This document shows positions 24,393 to 37,155 of a DNA stretch of 64,000 nucleotides, piece after piece. A model generated the notes under the pieces. The model did not search any database and had not been told where the DNA came from. It saw nothing but the letters and a program-made list of their open reading frames with translations. The stretch comes from Octopus vulgaris (Eukaryota). The DNA is taken from assembly GCA_951406725.2 (NCBI GenBank), contig OX597818.1, positions 109,244,001-109,308,000 of the forward strand, read 5' to 3'. The first letter of the stretch is position 1; the number at the start of each line of letters is the position of its first letter. A program made the position numbers and the translations under genes.

Positions 24393-24558
24393 GAGTAAAG
24401 ATTATTTGCCCACATAACATGGCAGTCCTAGTTTAGGACAAATGTTGCTGTAATTTAGCCCCAGGAGACATCGTCTCCAGCTGGCTATGCGACATGATCT
24501 GTGTCATATTTTCGAACAACCATGACTGCCATGTTATGTTGGCAAATAATCTTTACTC
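24393..24558. mobile_element. 166-bp MITE with 35-bp TIRs (GAG...CTC termini)
   Basis: 24393-24427 and 24524-24558 are inverted repeats matching at 34/35 positions. Confidence 0.8.
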
Positions 24559-24594
24559 TGCAATGGTACTATCAATGAAATTTCAATCAAGTAT

Positions 24595-24810
24595 CTGTGC
24601 TGGTGCCACATATAATGCAATGGTGCTTGTGCCATGTACAAAGCACCCAGTACACTCTGTGAAGTGGTTGGTGTTAGAAAGGGCATCCAGCCTTAGAAGC
24701 TTTGCCAAACAGACAATTGGGGCCTAATGCAGCTCCCTGGCTCGCCAGCGCCTGTTGAACTGTCCAATCCATGCCAGCATGGAAAATGTATGTTAAACGA
24801 TGATGATGAG
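24595..24810 (+). mobile_element. Family D element
   Basis: gtggttggtgttagaaagggcatccagcc...ccatgccagcatggaaaa...ttaaacgatgatgatga. Confidence 0.8.
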
Positions 24811-25042
24811 TTAAGATCAACCTGAATTGCAAGAGATATTTACCCAAGGAAACACACAGTGCAAAATAAAACCAGAAAATATTGTGGTGAAGCAGACTTC
24901 ATAACCACACAGCCATTCATATACCTCTGTTTATGTATGAACATTATCATAGTCATACAGATTGCTGCGTTCTTGATGCAGGTGTTTTGATACCTGGAAG
25001 CTCTTCTTACAACTAACCAATTTATCAAATGTGAACAAGCTA

Positions 25043-25091
<49 letters not shown>

Positions 25092-25802
25092 TTTACACAA
25101 GCATAGACATGAATGCACACACATAGATACACACATTAAAACATAAATGTGCACATTAACATATCTACAAGCACATTCCCGTACATATCTACACACGCGC
25201 ATATACGTACACACAACAAATACATAATGGAAAACATACACAACCATGTGTGCACATGAGATATATCATGGGAAACAATACACACACACACAGATTATTT
25301 CTGTATGGGAGTCCTTTGAAAAACCGACAAGCTGATTAACAAACTGAGGTCATAAATCAAAGACAGCAAAATGTTCTTGATTGTGTGCCTCTGTGTGTGC
25401 ATTCACATGAACACACACACACACACACACACACACAACAACAACAACAACGATAATGTATCAGAGAGTACTGAAAAGCAATAGAATTAAAATGCCGTGT
25501 GTTCAAGAATCCAGTGCCAGGTGACTGACTAAAGCTAACATCCATGTAGAAACTACAAAACTCATTAATCATACCAAAAACACATTCGGAAACAATAATC
25601 ACAGCAGATGTTACTGCCTGTTACAATCAAGATCTATGTACATGGCAAACTTTACCAATAATTTATTCATAAGGAAGCTTACTGAAATATTTAAATATTT
25701 CACTTACTTTTATTTATTTAGCTTTGTTGTTTTATTTTGCAAGATTAGATTATGTGTTTTCATGTTTCTCCTGATTCTATTCTATGTTTCAAAAAAGAAC
25801 AG

Positions 25803-25891
25803 GTGGTACATTGAAGAAAGCACCAAGGGAAAGAGAGAGAGAGGATGAAGTTCAAATAGATTTGTTTAACCAATTCCTCGCCACCGTTTAA
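25803..25891 (+). CDS. Candidate short terminal coding exon (unidentified)
   Basis: pyrimidine tract, AG at 25801-25802, phase-1 frame GTLKKAPREREREDEVQIDLFNQFLATV* (TAA 25889-25891); CpGs retained; A-run before the AG weakens the acceptor. Confidence 0.35.
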
Positions 25892-26444
25892 CTTCATCAT
25901 AAAATACTTAACTAATCTACCTAGCTGTAGAGAAGAAGTCATCTTACTTGCCTCATAATATTTTCTCTCAAATATTTGTTAACTTTCTCATCAAAGCTCG
26001 GCATCACTAGCATCATCACTGTCACTATCATTACCACAATCATTATCAGTGATATTAGCACTGTATTCACACCATTCAATGTGTGCATGTAATGCTATTG
26101 GTGTTGCTGACTAATTAATTACTAATTACAGAAAAATAAAGAGTGAAATCTATTACATTTTGAATTTCAGCATCTTAAAGTGCTAAATTCAAATGAAACA
26201 ACAGGCCTCCCTCAAATAAACAGGTTGTTTTCCCTCAAGGCTATCTAATTAAGCTCAATACATGATGGCTGCATTTAGCTGTGTAGCTTCTCTTTGTCTC
26301 TTTCATTGACTCTTCTTGTCACAGTTCAATCACAACTGAACAGTGACTTCCTCACTAACAACAATAGTCATCGTCATCATGATCATCAAAGCCACCACCA
26401 CCTCCACCCATCAGCATCTTCTTTTCAATACAGAGATTATGAGG

Positions 26445-26660
26445 AGAGTGGCAAGCTGGCAGAATCATTAACATGCCAGGAAAAATGCTTAGCAGCATTT
26501 CATCTATCTTTATGCTCTGAGTTCCAATTCCACCAAAGTTTACTCTGCTTTTCATCCTTCCAGAATCAATGAAATAAATACCAGCTGAGCACTGGGGGTC
26601 AATGTAATCGACCTGCCCCCACCCCAAAAGAAGCGGTCTTGTATCAAAAGGTGAAACCAA
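26445..26660 (+). mobile_element. Older SINE family B copy
   Basis: gtggcaagctggcagaatcattaac...ctgagttccaattcc...taccagctgagcactggggtcaatgtaatcgac. Confidence 0.8.
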
Positions 26661-27419
26661 TATGTAGACTATGAGGGTCAAAATCACATCTGCCATGCTT
26701 ATACATTCGGTAGAGGTTCTAATCCAGATTTCTTGTAAAACAAAACTAAATCTATACTGCGCCAGGGAAGAATCATGACAGTTTTATTTTGTAACAGCAT
26801 CAAAGTCTTTTACCATAAGTCTAAGCCTGATTACAGATACCACTCTGTAATTGTTGATAAGAACTGGTTAGCAAGAGACTTCTAAAAGATACATTGCAAC
26901 AGAGGATCAGTGACCAAGTTGCAAATGTTTTATGGAGGATTTTCATACTTAACATACCAGACTGACACAAAATAAAATTTAATTCAACATTACACATGCA
27001 TTTTAAATATGTCACATCTCTTCCATGATGCAACTATTTCAGTTTTTAGAATTAATTAATTCTGATCTATGTTAAATAATTTTACAGTTATTCTTAGTTT
27101 CTTTGTCCCTTTCAATTCACCACTGTCTCAACTGTTCCCCAAATTCTTGCAACCCCTGTCAATTTTCCTACTAGCTCTTTCCTACAATGAGACCATTTGT
27201 CTCTTCTCCTTATGAAGTCATCACCACAAGGATCTCAAAATAACCAACACCTTTAGCTCTTTCACGTCTTGCAGAGAGCTCTGCCAGTTTTATGCTGACT
27301 ACTTTTAGCAGCTAATATGCTTCAATCCAGACCCATCCATAACACCTAAGCAAGTGAGAAAAACCACCTGCTTAGGATTGCTTCTTTATATCCCTCACAC
27401 AGCTAAAACCCCAGTACCC

Positions 27420-27660
27420 ATGCACACACTCTTCAACTGGTCCAAACCCATGCCCTTTCCATTAAGCTCAAACAGTGTGCTCCACTGCTAGCTTCATCCT
27501 CATGAAACTCTTTAGTATTTTCCGCATCTACAAGAAATTATCCAAACCTTTGAACATACACTGTACTTTCCTTTATGCCTTAAAAGAGAGACATTACCAA
27601 CTTCTGGATTATCACTCTACTTGTCCAAAAACCTAAGTAATGGAAAACACTTGCGTTTCT
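27420..27660 (+). mobile_element. Decayed CR1/L2/Jockey-group LINE fragment
   Basis: STGPN..IKLKQCAPLLASS..KLF resembles GPD.IP..LK.CAP.LA..L.KLF. Confidence 0.45.
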
Positions 27661-27999
27661 TTCTCTTTTCAGTGACCATCCATCTGGATTTACATGAGGT
27701 TCGCTCTTCTGTCTAATTCACTGATGAATTTACCTTGAAGAACTTCAATGTTCCTGATGTTATGACCCTTAAAAGATTTCAACAATGAGATCCTCTTAGC
27801 AATGTTACCTGCCTCTGGTTCATGGGTGTTTTCCCTCTGAATCAGTAGCTTTCAGGGTCACCACATTTTCATTGCATGTAATCAACACAGAAATTTTCTC
27901 ACCCTTCATGTTACCGACTCTAAGGCAACTTAATACAAAATTTACCAACACTCTTTTTCTGGTAAAGTAATGATTTATCTGCTGTACTTCCAATAATGC

Positions 28000-28245
28000 A
28001 TTACTCTAACCATGGAAACCAGGGCTCCATATAGGATTTTAGGGTTAAGGTCTATGCGCAATAAATTGGTTATTCTTATACAATACACAAAATATGTTAA
28101 CTTTTTTGTTATACAATTCCTAATAATTTTTAATTATAAAAAAATATGATAGGATTTTTCCAACATTGGAAGGTCACGGGGTTCCGTCTGAGTAAAACAG
28201 GAACCAAAGGAGTCCATAGTTAAAAGAAATGGCTGAGAACCACTG
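28000..28245. mobile_element. hAT (Charlie-like) MITE, left end degraded
   Basis: ends tgagaaccactg; internal similarity to 31433-31659 and 39175-39489. Confidence 0.65.
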
Positions 28246-28255
28246 ATGTAAACTA

Positions 28256-28495
28256 CAGGGTGTTCAAAAAGTCTCTCCACAGTAAGTATTTAATAGGTTT
28301 TGGGTGATTCTTGTACACTGATCCTTTACTTGCTCCCCAGAAAAGAAAAAAAAGTCTGATGGTGTTAAATCAGGTGATCTTGATGGCCAAAGTCCCTTCA
28401 AAATAATCCGTTCATGGAAAAACTCTTAAAATAGCCTCATGGTGATGTGCAGGATAAAAAAAGATTCAATGCAGAGAGACTTTTTGAACAGCCTG
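28256..28495 (-). mobile_element. 240-bp Tc1/mariner-superfamily deletion derivative with TA TSD
   Basis: TA|cagggtgttcaaaaagtctctc ... gagagactttttgaacagcctg|TA; internal - strand WPSRSPDLTPSDFF..WG transposase motif. Confidence 0.85.
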
Positions 28496-30459
28496 TATAT
28501 TTGATGCCACAATCCACTTTGACTTCAGAGATGCCTTTTATATTTTTCTCTGTCCACACATTCGCACATGCAACAACTACAATGAATCAGCTATAGAGCA
28601 TTAGAACACAGCATTCATACACTTTTATATGAATTGTTGTAAGTCGTATGAAGAAAGGTTGTTACATGTATTCCTGAATTGTTTCCCAAAGCAATAGAAC
28701 TGTGTCAGTGAGGGACCATTGAAAACCTTTTCTTTAAAGCAGAAGGTGATGACGATACTTAAGATGAATATCATGTTCCACATGTGAGGGTACAAACAGC
28801 TGGTTTAATCTCCTGTGAATCAATGCCTTCCATATTGTAATCTATCCTCTGATTAGGCACACTTCCTGAGAACTGGACAGCCGATCCCATCTTATTAAGT
28901 AGAATAAGAACTGCTAAAATAATTCTTAATGAAAACCCAATAGACTTTCAGTTTTCAGTAGAAAGACAACATCTTCTATGGAGACTTTGACCATTTATGA
29001 AGAGACACTCTAGTCTCATGAGGTGAACACATTAAAAACACTAAAAATATAAATAAAACTAATACATAAATAACACATGATCAAAGGAAAATAAGAGGGG
29101 GTGTAGAAGTGTATATAGACTCATAAATTCACATCTCAATAGACTATGTTTGAGAGTAAAAGAGGAGGGTCATAAAAAAAACGAAAAAAAAACAACAAAA
29201 GCAAATACTATAATTAATCTAAACTGTAATCCAGACAAGTATTAAGACATTAATCACCAAACAGATTACTGGAGCATGAAAATCGGTTTATTGTCTCAAA
29301 ACAAAAAACAGTAAAAAAAATAATAAATGTTAAGGGTCAAAAACAAAAAAAAATTGAGAAGAGAAAAATGGTAGAACAAAATATAAAAAATAGTATAAAT
29401 AAAAAGGAAAAAAAAAGGAAAGTTTTTCAAAGCAAAAAAGAAGGATTGAATAAAATTTTATGGAAATTATCACAAATAGAACTCACATAAACATTAATAC
29501 TGCAGCTTGGTGAACTCCAATGTAGGAGGAATTCCTTGATCTATATTGATGTCATTGATCTGATGAAATGATACATCAAATATATTTGTATGAAATGAGT
29601 TGCAGAGGCACTAACGCTTTTAGGGCTATTCTACAGTGTATTAGCAATTCTATGAGAGTGAGACAAGTGCTACTCTTCTGCAATAATGGATACAGCCACA
29701 CCAACAAATTTTGTCTCGTTTTACTGTAAGTTTTACATCATCAAAGACAGAAGAACCAATCAGAACATCAGATTTGCAGTGAATCTAGAAAGGTCAGATC
29801 ATGACTGATACAGGTCCTTGAAGGAATTGCAAAGGCCTTTTTGGTAGACCAGTGGTCTACAGAGCATTAACCTAAAATGGTTACTGGATGCACATCAGAA
29901 GAAATTACAGGAGACAAGAAGAAAACCATCAACTTGTCTATGAGCCATAATGATAGCTAATCAAGACAAAATCTGGATGGCACCAAACAGATCAATATAA
30001 GCTGATTAGTGCTTTTAAATAAACGCCAACTTGTCTTTTGTTATTATAAATATAGATTCTTTAAAAACAATTATCAAAAAATTAATATGCAAATCAAAAA
30101 ATCATTCAATCATAAAAAATAAAAATAGCAATATTTGAATCAAAATTACGACTAAAATAACAGAAATAATGACAAAAGATACAATCAATAATAAAATATG
30201 AATAAAAGCAATTAAAATAATATGACACTGGAAAAGTAGTAGTAGCTTTTGTATGTGTGTGTGCATGCATGCGCGTAGGCACTCTTTGTAAAAGTTGGAA
30301 ATAGAGCTAAATTAGCTGACCCAGAGATCTGGACCCAATTATACTACACTTGTGAGATCTGTGCTATCTAGTATTTTCAATTTCCTATTGGTTTTGATGG
30401 GTGTGTCCAAGAGTGGAAAAGGAAGCTAGACCATGTCTGTTTGAAAGGGCCCCACCTTT

Positions 30460-30678
30460 TATGTGTTTCAGTCACTGGACTGCAGCAATGCTGAGAGGCA
30501 CCACTTTGAAAGGTTTCTAGTTGAACAAATTGACCTCAGTACTTTTATTTTCTTTTTAAGCCTGGTCCTTATCTATCAGTCTCTTTTGCCAAACCACTGA
30601 GTTACAGAGACATACACAAATAAACACTCGTTGTCAAGCAGTAATGGCGGACAAACACACACACAAAAACAAGCATGT

Positions 30679-30710
<32 letters not shown>

Positions 30711-30858
30711 GATGGGCTTCTTTCAGCTTTCATCACAAGGCTTTGGTTGGCCTATGGCTATAGTACAGGACATTTGGCTCAGGTGCCACACACTAGGACT
30801 GAACCTGGAAGCATGTGGTTGAGAAGCAAACTTCTTACCACACAGCCATGCCTGTGCC
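30460..30858 (-). mobile_element. SINE family A, CR1-type tail
   Basis: gtttcagtcactggactgcagc tail through cttcttaccacacagccatgcctgtgcc head. Confidence 0.85.
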
Positions 30859-30880
30859 TCAGGATAATCAAGTTGGTTTA

Positions 30881-31260
30881 CTGCTGCTGCTGTTGGTGTC
30901 AAGCAACAAGACAGGTAAGGGTGATTTCACTGTGTCCGTTCTGTGGGTTGGGGGACATCTGACAGGTCAGGAGCGGAAGTCCACTGTTCCCAGATCCGAA
31001 GGACAAGGAGAGGATCACTGGCCAGAGTGCCTGGAGGGGTTGGCATTTGTGGTGGGCGATGGATCCATGGACAGTCGTAGATGACATGCTCTGCCATCTC
31101 CTCTCCCACTCCGTACTTTCTGCAAGTTCTGTCTATGGCTCGGTCAATCTTGTAGAGTCAGTATTTGAGGTCCGGGTGATGACCACTTCTAAGTCAGCTG
31201 AGTGTTACCTGCTACTGCCTGGTTAGAGATGAATCAGAGGCTCTGCTCACTTTCTCTCCA
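30881..31260 (-). mobile_element. 3' end of I/Nimb-like LINE with CCHC finger remnant
   Basis: - strand QVTLS*LRSGHHPDLKY*LYKIDRAIDRTCRKYGVGEEMAEHVIYDCP; short (CAG)n tail. Confidence 0.75.
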
Positions 31261-31432
31261 TAGATACACTTGCTGTTCCCAGTATAATTAATACTAACAA
31301 TATCAGCAGTAGCGATTGGAGTTAACATTTAGATGGTAGAACTACTGCAATCAGTGGAACATATTGATCACACTGTTCTTGATGCTGCCCTTCCTGAAGG
31401 TAGTGTTCTATAGTCGTGACAACCCTCTGACT

Positions 31433-31659
31433 CAATGGTTCTCAACCCAGGTCCACATGACCCTTGGGGCCCCTTATAAGATTTAGTTATTAAAAATTAT
31501 ATACAATAAGTCAGTTATACTTCTACCGTACACTAAATATTTTAATAACTTTTTTATACAGTTCTTAATAATATTATAAAAATATAATAGGATAATTTTT
31601 AGACATGAAACAGAAATCAGTAAAACAGAAATCAAAGGGGTCCATATTGAGGACCACTG
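31433..31659. mobile_element. hAT (Charlie-like) MITE
   Basis: caatggttctcaa ... ttgaggaccactg; flanks CTCTGACT / TTCTAACT (6/8 TSD match). Confidence 0.75.
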
Positions 31660-32457
31660 TTCTAACTGCTTATCTACAATAGTTCCTGCTTGATTGGAGA
31701 TAACCTGAACATAACAACAACATCTACTACAGTGAAATTCTCAAGCCAACTTGTTTAAATTTAATTAAAAGGAAGGAAGGAAGAAATAGCATTTTAAAAA
31801 TGCTACAACTGTTGAACACATAAAAACAACAATTAGATAAGAGCTATCAATATAAAGAAACAACCCACTCTCAAAATCTATAAAAGCTCATCAAAATCTT
31901 TGTCACATACTTGTCTGGGTACAAAATGAAGTTTCTCCCCACCAAACCTGCTCTATGTGATCACTCAAACAGACAGAAATAGTGGTCAAACCTCGCTTAA
32001 ATAATAACCTACTGTCTTTGAAAAAAGGGAGGAATGATTTGATTGGGGTGGCACTTGATAAAGTATGCCTAAAGAATAAACAGGTCCATCTTAGGTCTGC
32101 CAGAGAAGGAATGACATGGACTGAACAACAAGAAATTATTGTTCAATGTATAGTCTAAGAAAAGAGAGAACAATTATGAGCTCTACATCCTAGATAATAA
32201 ATATTTTATTATTAATTAACTGTCTTTCTATACAAAAAAAGTAATAATTTTGAGAATCCTTTCTTTAATACAATGACTTACATAGCTTTTATGAATGGAG
32301 GGGCACCTGCTTTTATTAGGAGCAATCTAGTATATAATAAATTAGTTTTGTGTGTGAGTATATGTGCATGTGTAATACTATCTATGGGAAATAAGTGGGC
32401 TAATGGCATGGATTTAGATAAAGATGTACTTGGTGATGCACACACACACAAATAGAA

Positions 32458-32778
32458 GGCACATGGCTTAGTGGTCAGGGCATTTGGCTCATGATCGTAA
32501 GGTTGTGAGTTCAATTCCCAGCAATGTGCTGTGCCCTTGGGTGAGACACTTTAATTCCTGTTGCTCCAGCTCACTCAGCTGGCGGAAATAAGTAGTACCT
32601 GTGTTTCAAAAAGGCCAGCCTTGTCACACTCTGAGTCACACTGAATCTCCTTGACCATTATGTTAAGGGTACATGTGTCTGTGGAGTACTCAGCCACTTG
32701 CACATTAATTTCACAAGCAGGCTGTTCCATTGATAGGATCACCTGGAGCCCTTGTCGTCATAACCAACAGAATGCCAA
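32458..32778 (+). mobile_element. tRNA-derived SINE family E
   Basis: A box TGGCTTAGTGG, B box GAGTTCAATTCC, central gttgctccagctcactcagctgg; degenerate partial copy ~41135-41228. Confidence 0.75.
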
Positions 32779-32896
32779 TAGTTGTACACATACAAATTTT
32801 CAATTAATTGAAATTTCATTGTTAGAATGTGGAAGAGAACAAAAAAAACTAACAGTAATGGCAAATAGGAAAAGGGAGATAGTTTAAAGAAATTTG

Positions 32897-33158
32897 GCCC
32901 CCATGCGAATGGCACGTAAAAAGCACCATTCAAGCATGGTTGATGTCAGTACTACCTGATTAGACCCCATGCTGGTGGCACGTAAATAGCACCCACTGCA
33001 CTCTCAGACTGGTTGGTGTAAGGAAGGGCATCCAGATGTAGAAACTTTGCCAGATCAGATTGGAGCCTGGTTTGCCAGTCCTCAATCAAACCTTTCAACC
33101 CATGCCAGCATGGAAAGCAGATATTAAAAGATGATGATGGTGATGGTGGTGATGATGA
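32897..33158 (+). mobile_element. Family D element
   Basis: ggcacgtaaaaagcacc repeats, ggaagggcatccag motif, (gat)n tail. Confidence 0.85.
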
Positions 33159-34161
33159 AGTTCACAAAACTATGATTAGGGAAAAAGTCTGATCTTTGCA
33201 GGCAAGGGGGTAGCTGGTCATGTTTTGGTTCTCTGGGTCAGCATAATCAAGCTTGTGTTGATAGCAAGGGTTTTACATAGGGAATGTTACAAAGATTATT
33301 TTGTAATATGCAAATTACTACTAGTTAGAACTCTTTGCAGCTCATGCAGTCAAGTATGGTCTCCTGAAGTTTGTTTTAATCAGTTGACAAATATTAATTT
33401 ATCAAGATTGGCTTCAGTTGATTAATATACTATGCTGATGAGATTTGGTAAACTGAAACAAGTGTGTAGCTATCTGCAAACTTGTTAAAATAGATCAGGT
33501 TTTCCTCTTAGCATATAAATAAATTTTGTGAAATTAATTCTTAATTTCTAATAATTATCTTCTCGTCTTGAGAGTCACTCATAAATGCCACTTGGTTTTC
33601 GCTATTTTTGTTATCTAAACGGTAAATTCCAATTAATTGAGAAATTTTCATATTAAATCATCATTGGTGTGTGTGTGTGTGTGTAAATGCATGCACACAC
33701 ACACACATTTATATACACAAACACCTATATACACACACACATTCACATGCATGAGTAGCATACATGCATGTGTGTATGTGCACACTTCTGTGTGTGAATA
33801 AATGCGTACATTTGCACATATAGAATATATCTATATAAGTAACCCATTATGGTTTGATGACTTCCAATAGAAGACGGAAAGATAATTGTCTCAAAGATTA
33901 TTCTTCATTTCATTTCCTTCTTGTTGTTTTTTTGTTTTGTTTTTTACCTCTTTATTTTTACTTGATTTCCGACTTCATCCAATATATAATCAGTTTATTC
34001 GAAATGGCTATAGAGTGTCTGATGACGCAAACATCTGCTACTCAGGAATATTGGTTGACCAAAGGTCGGGAAATATATAATACCATTTGGTAGTGAAGAT
34101 AAATTCATCGTCAACATTTTATTCTTGGCTCTAAAAATGATTCTAGGAATCAAATTACATC

Positions 34162-34194
<33 letters not shown>

Positions 34195-34698
34195 GTTTTC
34201 ATTTTCGGTTATTCTGTTCGATGTTTCTGTTTGAGTATTTTTTTTTTTTCTAAAGTTGGATTTTAAAAAAAAAAATCAACAAAGCAAAAAAACACAAGTA
34301 GATCTGTTAGAAGATAAATTAGGTTATATTGTAACAGGAGAAATTGCAACTTGAGTGTTCAAAATCAGCCACTGAACTTACTGCAAAAAGAATAATGAAA
34401 TTTTTATCATTGTCAACATTAACAGTTGGAGCCTTGCAATAGGAACAAGACTGCAAATTCTAGGATCCCCAACACCAACATGGGGAATTTTCACAACGCG
34501 TCTGGATTTCTGGGTTTTTTTCATACCTGAAATAAATTCTTGAAAATAACTCACATACATATCCAATATATATCATGTGTATTTATTTATCTATTTTCAC
34601 TCTGTAACTTTTGAATATAATAAAACACCAGAGTGGTAATGAAAAGAGAGAGAGAGAAATGAAGTATATAATCGAGAAATAAAGTAAAACATTATGCC

Positions 34699-34980
34699 CA
34701 CAGGCATATGGCGTAGTGGTTCAGAGCACGGGCTACTAACCCCAAGATTCTGAGTTTGATTCCAAGCAGTGACCTGAATAATAATAATAATAATAATAAC
34801 AACAACATCGAAAAATACCTGAGGAATGAGAACCCAGGTTCAAAATTTTCCAAAGACACCTGATGAAGGCTGGAGGGTATATCAGCTGAAACGTGTTAAC
34901 AACAAACAAGATGAGGACAAATATCCGTCAAATGTAAATAATGTACTTAATTCCTCATCTCTTAAATATAGAACTGTATT
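34699..34980 (+). mobile_element. Family G: tRNA-headed element with hammerhead-like motif (copy 2)
   Basis: A box TGGCGTAGTGG 34709-34719, (AAT)n(AAC)n linker, GACAC-CTGATGA-A-GGCTG-GAGGGTATAT-CAGCT-GAAA-C-GTGTT at 34855-34897; colinear with copy 1. Confidence 0.75.
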
Positions 34981-35399
34981 AAAGTAAAAGAGATGGCAAA
35001 TGATGAGTAAGACCTAGAGAGAGAGAGAAGAATATTAGAAGAGTAAAAGTGAGAACTAAATTTAAATGGGAAGAGAAAGTTAGAAAAAGAAGGATCGGAG
35101 TGTGTAGGAAAATTTTTGATATTACCATGCCTTTCACTATCTCATTTTTTATCTTTGTGAAGTGCATATGATAATGAGATAATCATTTGAAATTTTCTAT
35201 GTTCCAGTATTCTTTTGGATACTTCTTTAAACTGAATTAGTTTATGCAGCCAGTTAACTCTTTTAGATGAACTTATTTTAAAAACAATGCAATAAATATT
35301 AAAGTATTTAGCAAATACAAACTCCGTAGGGCATTTCTGTGGCACAATCCACACATGCCTCTGTGTGTATGTGTGTGTGTGTATGTTTTTAGTGCCTGC

Positions 35400-35900
35400 T
35401 TTTTGCCTGGAGCATCAGCAACAAAAGATTTCCATTCAGCAAAGTTGCAAGCCATATCATGAGCTTGCTCCTAGCCCAAGGCTGATATCTGCTATAAGTT
35501 CTCCTCAACCAGATTTTAACAATTCTACTTCACTTCCAAAATCTCCTCCCCCATGCACCAGCTTCCATTCAAGAGCGGCTCTAACTAGCTCCTTTATGGC
35601 ATACATAGTACATGGCCAAACATCTTCCACTGCCTTATATCAATAGATATCTCATAGACAACTCAGCCCAGATCATTCATAGTGGGGCCACATCAACAAG
35701 TTATTACTATGGTCCTCAGGAAGACTACTTCAGTTCTATAGATTCTACTAATTTTCTTCCATGCCGCACAGGTATAGACTGCCATAGACTGGACAACAGA
35801 TGAGTTGAGGTGAAATTTAGTGTTTTGCTAAATATGTGTCCTGCTACATTAGGTGTTTCATGTCCAGCAACTCTACCATTCCATGATAGTTTTTGTCCTT
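35400..35900 (-). mobile_element. Decayed RTE-like LINE C-terminal fragment
   Basis: - strand IRQWKMFGHVLCMP..RAALEWKL resembles RRWKW.GHVLRMP..ALEW.P. Confidence 0.5.
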
Positions 35901-37155
35901 TACTGTGATTTGCATATGAATGGTCCAATTTTTCCAGTACTCCTAACCTTATTATGTGTGTATATTATCTATCCTCTATAACAATGAGGGAATGCAAACT
36001 CTCTCTCTCTCTCTCTCTCTCTTACTCACTCACTCAGACACAAACCAAATAGTATGTTCAGTCATTCAATACGAATGACTGCAAAATCATGAATTTAAAA
36101 ACTGGCTTCAACAAGATAAAATGATAAGGAAACTAGCTAATCCATGCTGATGAAACACAAAATTTCTTTTAAACATTAGTAATGCTTTGATGTGACTAAA
36201 TCTAGTGTTGATATTACTAAATTAATGTTGAAAAATGCCAATAGCAAGTGAATAAACAACCAAAAGTGAACTGCTTATTGCTGGCTATTCTGTTAGACAT
36301 AACATTCCCTTTGCTGATGGTATGTAAGAGAGAATTTACAGAAAGCAAGATTGCCGAAAAATTATCAATGAAAAGAACAAAACATTTCATGTTATTCAAA
36401 ATGGAATAGACGTTCATGAAAAAAAACAGCAATAAAAAATATCTGTAAGACAAGAGTTTTCTATCATATTTGAGGAAAGTACAGACGTTTCAGCTACCCG
36501 AATTTTGGCTAAGTTGTGAGATACTTGGATTTGAATATGCACAATGTCATAGACACTTTGTTAGATACTGCAGTCATTGAAAACGGAACAGCTCTTGGTC
36601 TTTACAATGCTGTCAAATCTATTTTGTGTGAAAGAACTATTCCTGTAGAAAATATTATTGGATTTGCAGGAAATATTTGTTCTTCCATAATGGGCACCAA
36701 AAGTAGGTTCTTGAAATTACTAAAAGATGATGTGTCTTCTGTTTGTATTACAGGAAGCATCTGTCATTCTTTCACTCTTCATATTTCCCATACTGTCAGC
36801 ATAACTACCCTCATATTTAAAGGCTTTTGTAAAAAGATTTAACAGCTTATTTTTCTCACAGCAGCAAGAGACAATAGGAGTTCCCACTTGCATTAGCGGT
36901 TGCAACAATTTCACACGAAAATACCTAAACTTGCAGAAACAAGGAAACTTTCTCAAGAAACGAAGATTATAGTGACAGAACAATTTGCAATGTTAAAACC
37001 AGTTCGAATATGCTAAGAGCTCAGAACAATTGGATCTTTTCTTTATTTCCAAAGTAACTCAACAGAAGTCGACAAAGTTGAGGCTCCCAGGAGAATTTAT
37101 GAAGGATTATGCAATCATGGGATCAAGCACATGCTATTTTCCTTCAATGTGTTAT

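Noticed and set aside
28650-30010. Possible piggyBac C-terminal remnant (~28700-28900, -) and RTE remnant (~29600-29950, +)
   Set aside because: Motifs too degraded to support without alignment.
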